The translations under genes were made by a program, and so were the position numbers. The notes under the pieces were generated by a model. The model did not search any database, had not been told where the DNA came from, and saw only the letters and a program-made list of their open reading frames with translations. 64,000 nucleotides of DNA from Pirellulales bacterium (GTDB lineage: Bacteria > Planctomycetota > Planctomycetia > Pirellulales > PALSA-1355), in assembly GCA_963733035.1 (NCBI GenBank), contig CAVTBU010000005.1, forward strand, positions 640,001 through 704,000, written 5' to 3'. Below, piece after piece: positions 49,130-59,229 of this stretch; positions within the stretch are counted from its first letter, which is position 1; the number at the start of each line of letters is the position of its first letter.

Positions 49130-49492
49130 GTGGCCAAAGACATCGAAATCGAAGAACCCAAAACGGCGACCACCCTTCCCGAAGGGCACCGCCAGCAGGT
49201 TCAGGTTGACACCAGCAAAGCCCAGTCGGCGTATTCCAATTTTTGCCGCGTCACCGGGACGCCCGAGGAGCTGATCATCGACTTTGGGCTGAACACCCAG
49301 CCCATGGGCGTGCCGACCGAGCCCATCGAGATTAGCGAACGGATCGTGATGAACTACTTCACGGCCAAGCGGATGATGGCCGCGTTGCAGATGTCTCTCC
49401 AGCGCCACGAGGCCGCCTTTGGCGTGCTGGAGACCGACGTCCAAAAGCGGATCATGCCCGGAGCGATGCGCCAGCAGCCGAGTCAAAAGTAG
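49130..49492 (+). CDS. DUF3467 domain protein
   Basis: YSNFCRVTGTPEELIIDFGLN..TAKRM..HEAAFG; GTG start after GGGGAG. Confidence 0.88.
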   Translation: MAKDIEIEEPKTATTLPEGHRQQVQVDTSKAQSAYSNFCRVTGTPEELIIDFGLNTQPMGVPTEPIEISERIVMNYFTAKRMMAALQMSLQRHEAAFGVLETDVQKRIMPGAMRQQPSQK

Positions 49493-49584
49493 TGGACGCG
49501 AGCCGGTCGTGGGGTCTTGGGGCCGGACGGCCCGCTAGTGCCAGGCCAGCAGGGACGACGAAACCCGTCCCGCGGTGAAACCCG

Positions 49585-49620
49585 ACCAGCCGTCCTTAAA
49601 TGGGCGGCTGGTTTCATTTT
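49585..49620 (+). terminator. Intrinsic terminator after DUF3467
   Basis: ACCAGCCGTCC-ttaaat-GGGCGGCTGGT followed by TTCATTTT. Confidence 0.65.
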
Positions 49621-49721
49621 GCGCCCATCGCATTTGGGCTGCTTGGATCGCTCGCAATTCGACCAGTCGTCAGGGCCGGTAGAATCGTCAAAAAGAACCT
49701 GAGGGAAATACTTTGCGCTCG

Positions 49722-49750
49722 TTGCATTGCCCCCTCGCTTTGACTACTGT
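49722..49750 (+). promoter_or_regulatory. sigma70-type promoter upstream of the giant adhesin
   Basis: TTGCAT-17 nt-TACTGT. Confidence 0.5.
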
Positions 49751-50091
49751 GAAAGCTCGGGGCGGCGTGGAACAGCTCTTGTCTTGGAACGTGGCAGGCA
49801 ACCCCGCGGCAGGTTCGCTGCCGGCAGTTCGGGAGTGCATGCAATAGATTCGCCGGTCTGTAACGACTCTGTCGTTACGCGGCGCTCCCTTTTGGGTACG
49901 GCAGCATTGTTGAGCACCAGGGCGGCATCGGTCATGCCATATCGTGATCTCTCCTCACACACAGCATGGCCAGGCTGGCACGGCTAGCAGGTTTTCAATA
50001 TCTCGTACGCGGGCCGGCAGTTCGAAGGGCAGCCCGCAAGAGCAACGGACAGAGTTCAGGCACAATTCAGGCACCGGTCAACAGACACACC

Positions 50092-53000
50092 ATGAAAAGC
50101 CATTGGTTTCGCTACTTTCGCTTTGGTCGCCCGCGCCGCAGCATTAGAGTGCGTGGCACCTCCGTCGTGTTCAAGCGGTTTTCCAGCTTCGAAGGACTCG
50201 AACTGCGGGCGATGCTCACCGGCAGCTCGCTGCTGGCCGATAGCGCCCTGGTTGCCGCGCCACTAGCGACTGATCCCTACGAGTCGCCGATCGATCAACT
50301 GAGCCTGGCAAGCATGCTCTCGTCGACACAGGACAATAGCAACGCTCCGGCCGCCACGCCGCTGGCCACCAACGCGACCGACGATACCGGCTCCAATTCG
50401 AACCCGACGGTCGACCCCTTGGTCGATAGCGCTGTTATCGACAGCAGCATCGTGATTGAAGACCTGAATGGAAACGCGATCACCGAGATCAATGCCGGAC
50501 AGGACTTCGTGGTTAAAGTCTACGTGACGGACGCGCGAACTGGCCAAAGCAATCCTGGCGTGTCGGCAGCGTTTGCTGGACTGACGTACAACACGAACCT
50601 GGTCTCTCTAGACAATCCTTCCTCGTTGACTGTTGACTCGGTATTTAGTTTCCTACCAACCAAAGACACCTCGACCGCCGGTAAGATTGTCGCGGGTGGA
50701 GTCTTCATTCCAAGCGGCCCAACCGATCCCAATCTACCTACCGAAGGTGAAACGCAGCTTCTTTGGAGTGTGACGCTGCATGCCGTCACCAGTGGCCAGG
50801 CGACGTTCGGTCTGACTTACGAAAACGCGAATGGCGACGGGTGGTTCGTCTTCGGTGACGACAATTCCATTCCCGACACCAGCGTGACTCTAGGCTCTGC
50901 CTCGCTGGCCATCAACGCCCTGCCGACCGTCTCGATTGGTGACGTCACGCAGGCTGAAGGAAACTCAGGCGATACGAACTTTGTCTTTACCGTTTCACTG
51001 TCGCAGGCCAGCGATCAGGCGATTACCGTGGTCTATAACACGACCGACGGGACGGCAACTAGCACGGGCACTGGGGCGGACTACACGCCGACCAGCGGCA
51101 CGATCAACTTCGAGCCTGGTACCACGACAAAGCTCATCACGGTCGCTGTTATCGGCGACACGACTGTCGAACCGGACGAAACGTTCAACGTTGTCCTCAG
51201 CAATCCGACAAACGCCACGCTGGGGAATGACACCGGGTTGGGCACGATTCTCGACGATGACTCGTTGCCGCAACTGAGCGTTCAAGATGTCTCGCAGCCC
51301 GAAGGGAATACCGTCAACTCGATGGTCTTCACGGTGACGCTCACCAAGGCCGCCACCGGAACCGTCACCGTCGGCTACAGCACGGTCGACGGCACGGCCA
51401 CGATTGCCAACAACGACTACAACGCCAATAGCGGGACGCTGACTTTCGAGGCAGGCACGACCACCCAACTTGTCACTGTGACCATCAACGGTGATACGGT
51501 CAACGAGCCCAACGAAACCTTCCAATTGGTACTCAGCGATCCTTCGGGCGCCAGTTTATTGGATGGAACGGCCACCGGCACGATCCTGAACGATGACGGT
51601 CCTATCCTATCGTTCTCCCCGGCGACGATTTCGCAGGCCGAGGGGAACTCTCAGACGTTCATGATCTTCACCGTGACACTGAACCAATCCAGCGACCAAG
51701 ACGTCACGGTGGCATACAACACGGCCGACGGCACGGCCACAATCGCCAACAACGACTACAACGCCGCCAGCGGCACGCTGACGTTCACGGCCGGCAGTAC
51801 CACTCCGCAACTCATCACCGTGGCCATTAATGGCGATACGAGTGTCGAACCGGACGAAACGTTTTCGGTCGTCCTCAGCTCGCCCGAAAACGCTTCCATT
51901 TCCGTCGACACAGCGGTCGCCACGATTTTGAACGACGACGTGCCGTCCGTTACCCTTGATGGGCCTAGCAGTGTTCTGGAGAGCAGCGGCAGTTACGTGG
52001 TAACCGTTCAGCTCTCCGCGGCAGGTACGCAGGTTGCCAATGTCGCGTGGTCGACGGCGGACGGCACCGCGATCGCCGGTACCGACTATACGGCTGCGTC
52101 GGGTACGCTAACCTTTATCCCCGGTCAGACCACCCAACTGATCACGATCGAACTGCTCAGCGACAGCGTGACGCAGCCGGACAGAACCTTTGCGATTAAT
52201 CTGACGGATCCGACGAATGCCACCATCGCGCAGCCCAGCTTCACGGCCACGATCGCAGACACCCTGCCGACGGTCGGCGTGACCGCGCCCGCGTCGAAAA
52301 ACGAGGGGAACTCGGGACCAACGCAATTTGTTTTCACAGTGAATCTTTCCGGCGAAAGCTCGACGCCGGTGACGGTCGCCTATAACACCAGCGACGGCAT
52401 CGCCACCGCCGGAAGCGACTATAACGCCGCGAGCGGTACGCTGACATTCTCTGCGAACGAAACGAGCAAGACGGTCACTGTCAACGTGATCGGCGATACG
52501 ATCTACGAAGGCGACGAAACGTTCCGGCTTGTGCTGTCGAGCCCCGGCGGCGCCACGTTGGATAGCAATACCAGTTCGGCGACGGCGGTGATTCTAAACG
52601 ACGACGCCGTGCCGACGGTTTCCATTTCAAATCTCTCGCACCTCGAAGGTGATACCGGGTTGACGCCGTTCGTGTTCACGGTCACGCTCTCGAACGCGGC
52701 AAGCCAATCGGTATCGGTGCAATATGCGACGCAGGACGGCACGGCAAAAGCGGCTAGCGACTACAACGCGACCAGCGGCACGCTGACGTTTGCCGCCGGC
52801 GAAACCAGCAAGACCGTTACCGTGCAAGTGATTGGCGATCTGCTGAAGGAAGGCAACGAGACCTTCTCGGTCGTCCTGTCGAATCCATCGATTGTCACGC
52901 TCGGCAACGCCACCGGCGTCGGCACCATTCAGGATGAGTCGTCCGACAGCACCGTCATCCCGGATTCGACGATTATGGGCAAGGTGTTTGTCGACTCGAA

Positions 53001-56000
53001 TGGCGACGGCACACAAAGCGGGCTGGAGAAATCGCTGGCCGGGATCGAGGTGAACCTGACCGGCGCGGCTACGAGGTCGACCACGACCGCCGCCGACGGC
53101 TCGTATGGATTCGGCAAGCTGATTCCTGGCACCTACACGGTGACGTTTGTCCTGCCATCGCAATACAAGAGCGGTTCGGCGGTCCTCGGCAATGCCGGTG
53201 GCAGCAAAACCACCAACGGCTTCACCTTGACGATCGATGCCGCTGGCGGCGTGACCGGCTCGGGCTATCACTTCACCACCAGCGGTTTGTTGCCGCAGTT
53301 TATTTCGCAACGCGTGTTGCTCTCGTCCTACCTGGGGAATTTGAGCGCGGGGACGAGCCAGGTAGGCGTGTCGATTGACACGGTTACCGACCCGATCAAC
53401 GCTTCGAACGCCGCTAGTACGTCCATCAGCGGCTTTGGCACCGTGGGTGCGAATGTTTCGGTGGTGGCCAGCGACGGGACCAATTCGACCGCCGCTCAAA
53501 CGACCACCATTTCCGCCGGCGGCACCTGGTCGATCAGCGGCATCAACGTGCTCGCGCTTGCCGACGGGACGATTACCTACACCGTCACGGCCTCGGGCTC
53601 GGGCACGACCGATACCAGCACAATTTCGGCCACCAAGGATACCGTCGCGCCGACCGTTGCCATCACCAGCGTCTCGGACCCGGTTAGTTCGAGCAATGCA
53701 ACGGATACGGCCATCAGCGGCACGGGCACGGCGGGCGCTTCGATCGCGTTGGTCGTGACCGACGGCACAACATCGTCGACGACGTACAACGCCACGGTGG
53801 GTGCTTCCGGCACCTGGTCGATCGGCGGCATCGATGTCAGCTCGCTCGCCAACGGCACCATCACATACGATGTAACGGCCAGTGACGCGGCCGGTAACAC
53901 TCAGACCGCCAGCAAGACCTCGACCAAGGATACCACGGCCCCGACGGTAGCCATCTCCTCGGTTCCCGATCCGATCAATTCGGCGAACCAAGGCGACGTG
54001 ACTGTCAGTGGGACGGGCGAAGCCGGCGCAACGATTGCGGTGAGCGCGAGCGATTCGGGCAGCGGTAACGTGGGCCCACTCAGCACGACGGTCGCCCAGG
54101 ACGGCACCTGGTCGATTACTGGCATCGATTTGACCAGTCTGGCCGACGGCACCATTACGTTCACCGTGATTGCCACGGACGGCGTCGGTAATACCACCCA
54201 AGTGACGCAGACCGCGACCAAAGACTCCGTTACCACGGTTGCAATCAGCAGCGTCACCGACCCAATTAACGCGGCCAATGAGACCACCACCTCGATTGCC
54301 GGTACAGGCGAAATCGGTGCCGGGATCTCTGTGGTAGTGAGCGATGGTACGAATTCGACCTCGCCCGCCACCGCCACCGTGGCGGCGGACGGCACCTGGT
54401 CGATCACCGGCATTGATGTCAGTGGGCTCGACGACGCCACGCTAACCTTCACGGTCACGGCGACGGATACCTCGGGGAATACCAATCAGGCGTCCATCAC
54501 GGCAGTCAAGGACACGGTTGCTCCGGAATTCGCGATTTCGAGCGTCACCGATCCGATCGACATGAGCAATGAAAGCGCCACGGAGATTAGCGGCACCGGC
54601 GAAATCGGCGCGACGATCTCGGTCGTGGTCACCGACGGCACGAACTCAACATCGGAAGCAACGACCACGGTCGACGGCCAGGGCAATTGGTCCATCACGG
54701 GCATCGACGTGTCCGGCCTCGCCGACGGCACGCTGACCTTCAACGTAACGGCAGCCGATGCCGCCGGCAATGAAACAACCGCTTCGACGACGGCGTCGAA
54801 GGCGACACTCGTGATTAACGGCGTAACCGACCCGATTACGCAAGCCAACCAGTCGGAAGTCACGATCAACGGCACCGGGCAGGTCGGGGCATCGGTCACG
54901 GTTGTGGCCACCGACAGCACGGACGCAAGCGTCACTCCAGACGCGGTCACGGTCGATGCGGAAGGCAACTGGAGCGTCACGTTCGACGCTTCGAGCCTGG
55001 CCGACGGAACGATCACATTCAACGTCACCGCCACCGACGGAACCAACACGAAGTTGGGCAACACGACGGCCACGAAGGATACCGTTGCCGAAGGGCAGAT
55101 CGCCGAGGTAACCAGTCCGATCAACGCCATCAATGCTACTGGCGTGTTCCTGGACGGAACGTCCGAACTCGACGCGACGGTTTCGATCGTGGCGACAGAC
55201 AACGTGAATAGCACCGCTTCGATCGATGCCCCAGCCGAAGCCGGGATCTGGGCTAGCCCGGCAATCGACGTCAGTGGCCTGGCCGACGGAACGATTACGT
55301 TCAACGTCACAATCACGGACGCCTTGGGCAACGTCAACGTGTACACCATAACGGCCGTCAAAGACACGGTGGCGCCCGAGTTGGGCATCGCCAGCGTCAC
55401 CGATCCGATCGGAATGGGCGATGAAACCGCCACGGAGATCAGCGGCACCGGCGAAATCGGCGCGACGATCTCGGTCGTGGTCACCGACGGCACGAACTCA
55501 ACATCGGAAGCAACGACCACGGTCGACGGCCAGGGCAATTGGTCCATCACGGGCATCGACGTGTCTGGTCTCGCCGACGGCACGCTGACCTTCAACGTAA
55601 CGGCAGCCGATGCCGTCGGTAATGAAACAACCGCTTCGACGACGGCGTCGAAGGCGACACTCGTGATCAACAGCGTGACCGACCCGATCACGCAGGCCAA
55701 CCAGTCGGAAGTCACGATCAACGGCACCGGGCAAGTCGGGGCATCGATCACGGTTGTGGCCACCGACAGCACGGACGCAAGCGTCACTCCAGATGCGGTC
55801 ACGGTCGATACGGAAGGCAATTGGAGCGTCACGTTCGACGCCTTGAGCCTAGCCGACGGAACGATCACATTCAACGTCACCGCCACCGACGGAACCAACA
55901 CGAAGCTAGGCAACACGACGGCCACGAAAGACACCTTCGCGGACGGCAGTATTCTTTCCATCACTTCGCCGATCAATTCGGACAACGAAACAAACGTTGT

Positions 56001-57186
56001 CGTGACGGGTACGGCCGAGATCGGAGCGACGGTCTCGATTAGCGTCGATGACGGTGCGACGATGCTCGGTCCGATGTCGGCAACCGTGGCGGGCGACGGC
56101 AGTTGGTCGCTCGACGGGATTGACGTCAGTTCGCTGCTTGACGGCACGCTGACGTTCACGGCGAACGTGACGGATACGAATGGAAACGTCACACACTATG
56201 TAAATCAAACTGCGACCAAGGACACCATCGCACCAACCGTCGACGCCACGACGGTCGATCCGAATGTGATTGCCGCGGCGACGGCCGGCGCCGTGACGGT
56301 ATCCGGCACCGGAGAGGTGGGAGCGAGCGTCGTGGTGACGGCGAGTGACGGCACCGACTCGACAAACTCCTCGGCGGTGATCGTCGACGGTGACGGCAAC
56401 TGGAGCGTCACGTTCGACGTTAGCAGTCTGGGCGACGGCACGATCGACTTTACGGCCACGGCCACCGACGAGGCCGGCAATACGGCTGACGATTTCATTT
56501 CGGCCACGAAGGACACGGTCACCTCGGTGGAAGTCAACCTCGTTAGCGGCAAAATCAACTCGGCCAATGTTGGTAACGCCATTATCTACGGAAAGCGCGA
56601 GGAATCCGCGACGGTCAACGTTTCGGTTACGGACGGTGTAACCACGCTCAACTTCGCCGGAGGCAGCGGCGCGGGCACGGGCTGGTCGATCAATGGAGCA
56701 GACCTCTCGAGCCTGGTTGATGGTACGATCACCATCACCGCCACGGCCACTGACGCCGCGGGCAACACGGCCACGGCCCAAATAATTGTCCAGAAAGACA
56801 CCACGACGTCCGTGGCGATCGCCAGCGTAACGGATCCGATCGACGACAGTAACGCATCCAACACCAGCATCAGCGGCACGGGCGAAGTGGATGCCACGAT
56901 CTCGGTGACGGCCAGCGACGGCGTCAACTCGACAATCGCCTTTTCCATCACTGTTGACAATGCAGGAAACTGGTCGATCACCGGAATCGACGTGAGCGCG
57001 CTGTCTGACGGCACCATTACCTACCTGGTGACTGCCACGGATACCTTTGGCAACACCGATCAACAGCAGATTACGGCCGACAAGAGCACGACGGCCGCGC
57101 CGCTGACGCTGTTGGCCGACAACCAGGATTCAGAAGACGGCGAAGACGGCGTCGGCGAGGAAAACGATTGGTTCAGTTTCAACTAA
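50092..57186 (+). CDS. Giant surface protein/adhesin: cohesin-like N-domain, six Calx-beta domains, SdrD-B-like domain, ~13 Ig-like repeats
   Basis: FEGLELRAML motif; EGNSG..FTVxLS..TxDGTA..DY..SGTLTF..ETF repeats; GKVFVDSNGDG; repeated SVTDPI..SGTGE.GA..WSITGIDVSxLADGT; start codon uncertain. Confidence 0.88.
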   Translation: MKSHWFRYFRFGRPRRSIRVRGTSVVFKRFSSFEGLELRAMLTGSSLLADSALVAAPLATDPYESPIDQLSLASMLSSTQDNSNAPAATPLATNATDDTGSNSNPTVDPLVDSAVIDSSIVIEDLNGNAITEINAGQDFVVKVYVTDARTGQSNPGVSAAFAGLTYNTNLVSLDNPSSLTVDSVFSFLPTKDTSTAGKIVAGGVFIPSGPTDPNLPTEGETQLLWSVTLHAVTSGQATFGLTYENANGDGWFVFGDDNSIPDTSVTLGSASLAINALPTVSIGDVTQAEGNSGDTNFVFTVSLSQASDQAITVVYNTTDGTATSTGTGADYTPTSGTINFEPGTTTKLITVAVIGDTTVEPDETFNVVLSNPTNATLGNDTGLGTILDDDSLPQLSVQDVSQPEGNTVNSMVFTVTLTKAATGTVTVGYSTVDGTATIANNDYNANSGTLTFEAGTTTQLVTVTINGDTVNEPNETFQLVLSDPSGASLLDGTATGTILNDDGPILSFSPATISQAEGNSQTFMIFTVTLNQSSDQDVTVAYNTADGTATIANNDYNAASGTLTFTAGSTTPQLITVAINGDTSVEPDETFSVVLSSPENASISVDTAVATILNDDVPSVTLDGPSSVLESSGSYVVTVQLSAAGTQVANVAWSTADGTAIAGTDYTAASGTLTFIPGQTTQLITIELLSDSVTQPDRTFAINLTDPTNATIAQPSFTATIADTLPTVGVTAPASKNEGNSGPTQFVFTVNLSGESSTPVTVAYNTSDGIATAGSDYNAASGTLTFSANETSKTVTVNVIGDTIYEGDETFRLVLSSPGGATLDSNTSSATAVILNDDAVPTVSISNLSHLEGDTGLTPFVFTVTLSNAASQSVSVQYATQDGTAKAASDYNATSGTLTFAAGETSKTVTVQVIGDLLKEGNETFSVVLSNPSIVTLGNATGVGTIQDESSDSTVIPDSTIMGKVFVDSNGDGTQSGLEKSLAGIEVNLTGAATRSTTTAADGSYGFGKLIPGTYTVTFVLPSQYKSGSAVLGNAGGSKTTNGFTLTIDAAGGVTGSGYHFTTSGLLPQFISQRVLLSSYLGNLSAGTSQVGVSIDTVTDPINASNAASTSISGFGTVGANVSVVASDGTNSTAAQTTTISAGGTWSISGINVLALADGTITYTVTASGSGTTDTSTISATKDTVAPTVAITSVSDPVSSSNATDTAISGTGTAGASIALVVTDGTTSSTTYNATVGASGTWSIGGIDVSSLANGTITYDVTASDAAGNTQTASKTSTKDTTAPTVAISSVPDPINSANQGDVTVSGTGEAGATIAVSASDSGSGNVGPLSTTVAQDGTWSITGIDLTSLADGTITFTVIATDGVGNTTQVTQTATKDSVTTVAISSVTDPINAANETTTSIAGTGEIGAGISVVVSDGTNSTSPATATVAADGTWSITGIDVSGLDDATLTFTVTATDTSGNTNQASITAVKDTVAPEFAISSVTDPIDMSNESATEISGTGEIGATISVVVTDGTNSTSEATTTVDGQGNWSITGIDVSGLADGTLTFNVTAADAAGNETTASTTASKATLVINGVTDPITQANQSEVTINGTGQVGASVTVVATDSTDASVTPDAVTVDAEGNWSVTFDASSLADGTITFNVTATDGTNTKLGNTTATKDTVAEGQIAEVTSPINAINATGVFLDGTSELDATVSIVATDNVNSTASIDAPAEAGIWASPAIDVSGLADGTITFNVTITDALGNVNVYTITAVKDTVAPELGIASVTDPIGMGDETATEISGTGEIGATISVVVTDGTNSTSEATTTVDGQGNWSITGIDVSGLADGTLTFNVTAADAVGNETTASTTASKATLVINSVTDPITQANQSEVTINGTGQVGASITVVATDSTDASVTPDAVTVDTEGNWSVTFDALSLADGTITFNVTATDGTNTKLGNTTATKDTFADGSILSITSPINSDNETNVVVTGTAEIGATVSISVDDGATMLGPMSATVAGDGSWSLDGIDVSSLLDGTLTFTANVTDTNGNVTHYVNQTATKDTIAPTVDATTVDPNVIAAATAGAVTVSGTGEVGASVVVTASDGTDSTNSSAVIVDGDGNWSVTFDVSSLGDGTIDFTATATDEAGNTADDFISATKDTVTSVEVNLVSGKINSANVGNAIIYGKREESATVNVSVTDGVTTLNFAGGSGAGTGWSINGADLSSLVDGTITITATATDAAGNTATAQIIVQKDTTTSVAIASVTDPIDDSNASNTSISGTGEVDATISVTASDGVNSTIAFSITVDNAGNWSITGIDVSALSDGTITYLVTATDTFGNTDQQQITADKSTTAAPLTLLADNQDSEDGEDGVGEENDWFSFN
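54541..55935 (+). repeat. Near-identical intragenic direct repeat (~54541-55083 and ~55393-55935, 852-bp offset)
   Basis: Long identical DNA stretches, e.g. ggcgcgacgatctcggtcgtggtcaccgacggcacgaactcaacatcggaagcaacgaccacgg in both copies. Confidence 0.9.
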
Positions 57187-57268
57187 CTTCGTCACGCTTG
57201 CCGTTGGTCCCGTTCGCCGGGCCGATCCAGTCCACCAGTTCTGCTGCGGCGGATTGAAAACCGGATTG

Positions 57269-58735
57269 CTAGAAGTTGCATTCCAGACCGAAGTTGAGGC
57301 CTTGCAGCCAAATATCCGAGCTGTTGAAGGCAAACGCCGGGAAGTTGCCGGTACTGCTCGGCGGTGGAAACTGAGCGGGATCCACGTTCAGGCTGATTTG
57401 ATCGCCCGGCCGTAGCACGTTCGTTAAGGCCATGAACGTGTAACCAATGTTGACCCGCCACAGCGGCGACCACTGGTATCGCAGGTTAAAGTCGAATTCG
57501 GGCAGTACGCCGAACACAGTTTGATTGTATTGGCCGATGTTCGAAGGCAGCGCCAACACGCCGCCGGTATAGGTCGTGGCACTGCCGCCCGAGGGCGTGA
57601 TCACCGTCTGGCCGCTGATCGTCGCGTGCTGCGAAACGCCACCCAGCGCCACCTTGCCCAGGATATCCCAGGTCCACAGGCCGCGGGTGAATTGCAAATT
57701 CAGGCCAAGCTGGCCGCCATTGAAGTTGTTTCCCGTGCCGAACAGATCCTGAGCGTTGAATTGTGTGCCCGACGCATCGCCGCTAAGCGTGGTCGCATTG
57801 CTGTAAATGTTAAGATTTTCCGAAAGCCGAAGGTAGCGGTACCCGGCCAGTACGTCGATGCGGCGACAACAATCGGAGTACAAGGCCCGCCGCAAGTTGA
57901 TTTCGTTCGAGTAGATGGTGCGGCCCGACGTGATGTTGATGCCACCGGCTGACGCGTCCGGATAGGCCAGCAGTATGGCGTCCTGCGAGGCGCTGGTCGG
58001 GTCGTAGAACGGTCGTGCTAGAATCGGCGATCCGGACGAGCTCGCGGTATAACCCTGGTTCTGTCCACCGATGAAGAAAAACGTGTTTTCGATGCCAAGT
58101 TGGTTGCAGGGATCGAACCAGTAGCCGAACGTGAATCGCCCGCCAGATCGACCTCGCGTGTTGATCCTCTGGTTGCCGAATAGCACGGTCGCATCGGGTA
58201 GCCGTCCGGCCGTGCCAGGGAGCGTGCCATCGGGGCTGGTCGTCACCAGCGCGGGAGTATTAGCACCCCGCACCCACCAGGCCAGATACTCGGCGCGGCC
58301 CCAAAAACCGGGCTTGCACCAACCGCAACCCATGTTGCATGAGCCGCCGGGATAGTAGTCGTTGGCCGGGCCTTCCCATTCTCCGGGATAGTAGCCGTCC
58401 GTGGGTTGTTCAAACTGTTCAAACTCACCTTGCGGCATCGGTACCGGTTCCACTTCTTCGGGCGCAGTGGACTGCGGTTGCTGCGAGACAGGCCGTGTGA
58501 CCATCGACGGTCCAGTCAGCCGCGAGTCGCTCGTCGCGATTCCGCTGGTTTTACGTACTTCGGAATCGCGTCCCCCGGCCGGCCTTCGCGGCGCTGTTTT
58601 GCGCGACGGAGAGTGCTCGTCCAGCTGCCGGTCATATTGCTCCAAGCGCTGGGAGATATGTTCAAATGGGTCTGCCGAGGCCCGCGACGAGATCGAGAGG
58701 CCAAACATCGCAACCACAACGAGCAGGCGACGCAT
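57269..58735 (-). CDS. BBP7 family outer-membrane beta-barrel protein
   Basis: EYLAWW..PALVTTSP, GGRFTFGYW, ILARPF, GYRYL, NNFNGGQLG, GGVLALPSNIG, terminal F. Confidence 0.87.
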   Translation of the reverse strand: MRRLLVVVAMFGLSISSRASADPFEHISQRLEQYDRQLDEHSPSRKTAPRRPAGGRDSEVRKTSGIATSDSRLTGPSMVTRPVSQQPQSTAPEEVEPVPMPQGEFEQFEQPTDGYYPGEWEGPANDYYPGGSCNMGCGWCKPGFWGRAEYLAWWVRGANTPALVTTSPDGTLPGTAGRLPDATVLFGNQRINTRGRSGGRFTFGYWFDPCNQLGIENTFFFIGGQNQGYTASSSGSPILARPFYDPTSASQDAILLAYPDASAGGINITSGRTIYSNEINLRRALYSDCCRRIDVLAGYRYLRLSENLNIYSNATTLSGDASGTQFNAQDLFGTGNNFNGGQLGLNLQFTRGLWTWDILGKVALGGVSQHATISGQTVITPSGGSATTYTGGVLALPSNIGQYNQTVFGVLPEFDFNLRYQWSPLWRVNIGYTFMALTNVLRPGDQISLNVDPAQFPPPSSTGNFPAFAFNSSDIWLQGLNFGLECNF

Positions 58736-59125
58736 ATCGCTGTTCCTTCAATCTGCTGCGAACGACTGTGAGAGAGCTTGAATGCCAGCCATTCGAATCA
58801 AAAAACCACTGACGGTCGGTGCGCATGCAGCCGACGCAAAGTCACACCCCCATTTTCGGACCTAGGGATAGTGACAGTTGAAGCGAAATTGCCGCATATG
58901 CAGATTATGTTGCGGCGGTTAAATGGAGCGTTTGGATAAGTCCGAGCTGCCTGATCCCAGGCGGCCGGCCAATGCTGCCTGCTCTGCATGCTGCGCATGC
59001 CCATCTGCTGTGCAGGCCAGACAGAGTTGACCTCGATCAAACGAGAAAATGGTCCGTCGCAAAACAATACAAACCTTTTCCAAACAACGCCTTAGGCAAC
59101 GTCGAGGGCGGCTGACGAACAATTC

Positions 59126-59141
59126 TGGCGCAGTGCTTGCT
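59126..59141 (+). promoter_or_regulatory. sigma54-type promoter (peptidase gene)
   Basis: TGGCGC-AGTGC-TTGCT. Confidence 0.5.
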
Positions 59142-59229
59142 TTTGGCAACGGAGCGTCGCGGCATGTAACCCGGTCGAAGAGCGACGGGGGGCGGCGACA
59201 GATTGACCTCCTTCGACGCGAATCGCTCG

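Noticed and set aside
52627..57063. Long minus-strand ORFs (524, 568 and 385 aa) and similar antisense ORFs at 39752..41140 and 62322..63557
   Set aside because: Antisense shadows of high-GC coding genes with no recognisable motifs
53350..57100. CRISPR-like or DGR-like repeats
   Set aside because: The repeats are in-frame Ig-domain units; there is no repeat-spacer pattern, no cas or reverse transcriptase gene, and the differences are not adenine-specific
58810..58880. c-di-GMP-I riboswitch suggested by GACGCAAAGTCAC...GTGAC
   Set aside because: Lacks the upstream GGCAAAC and the GAAA tetraloop stem
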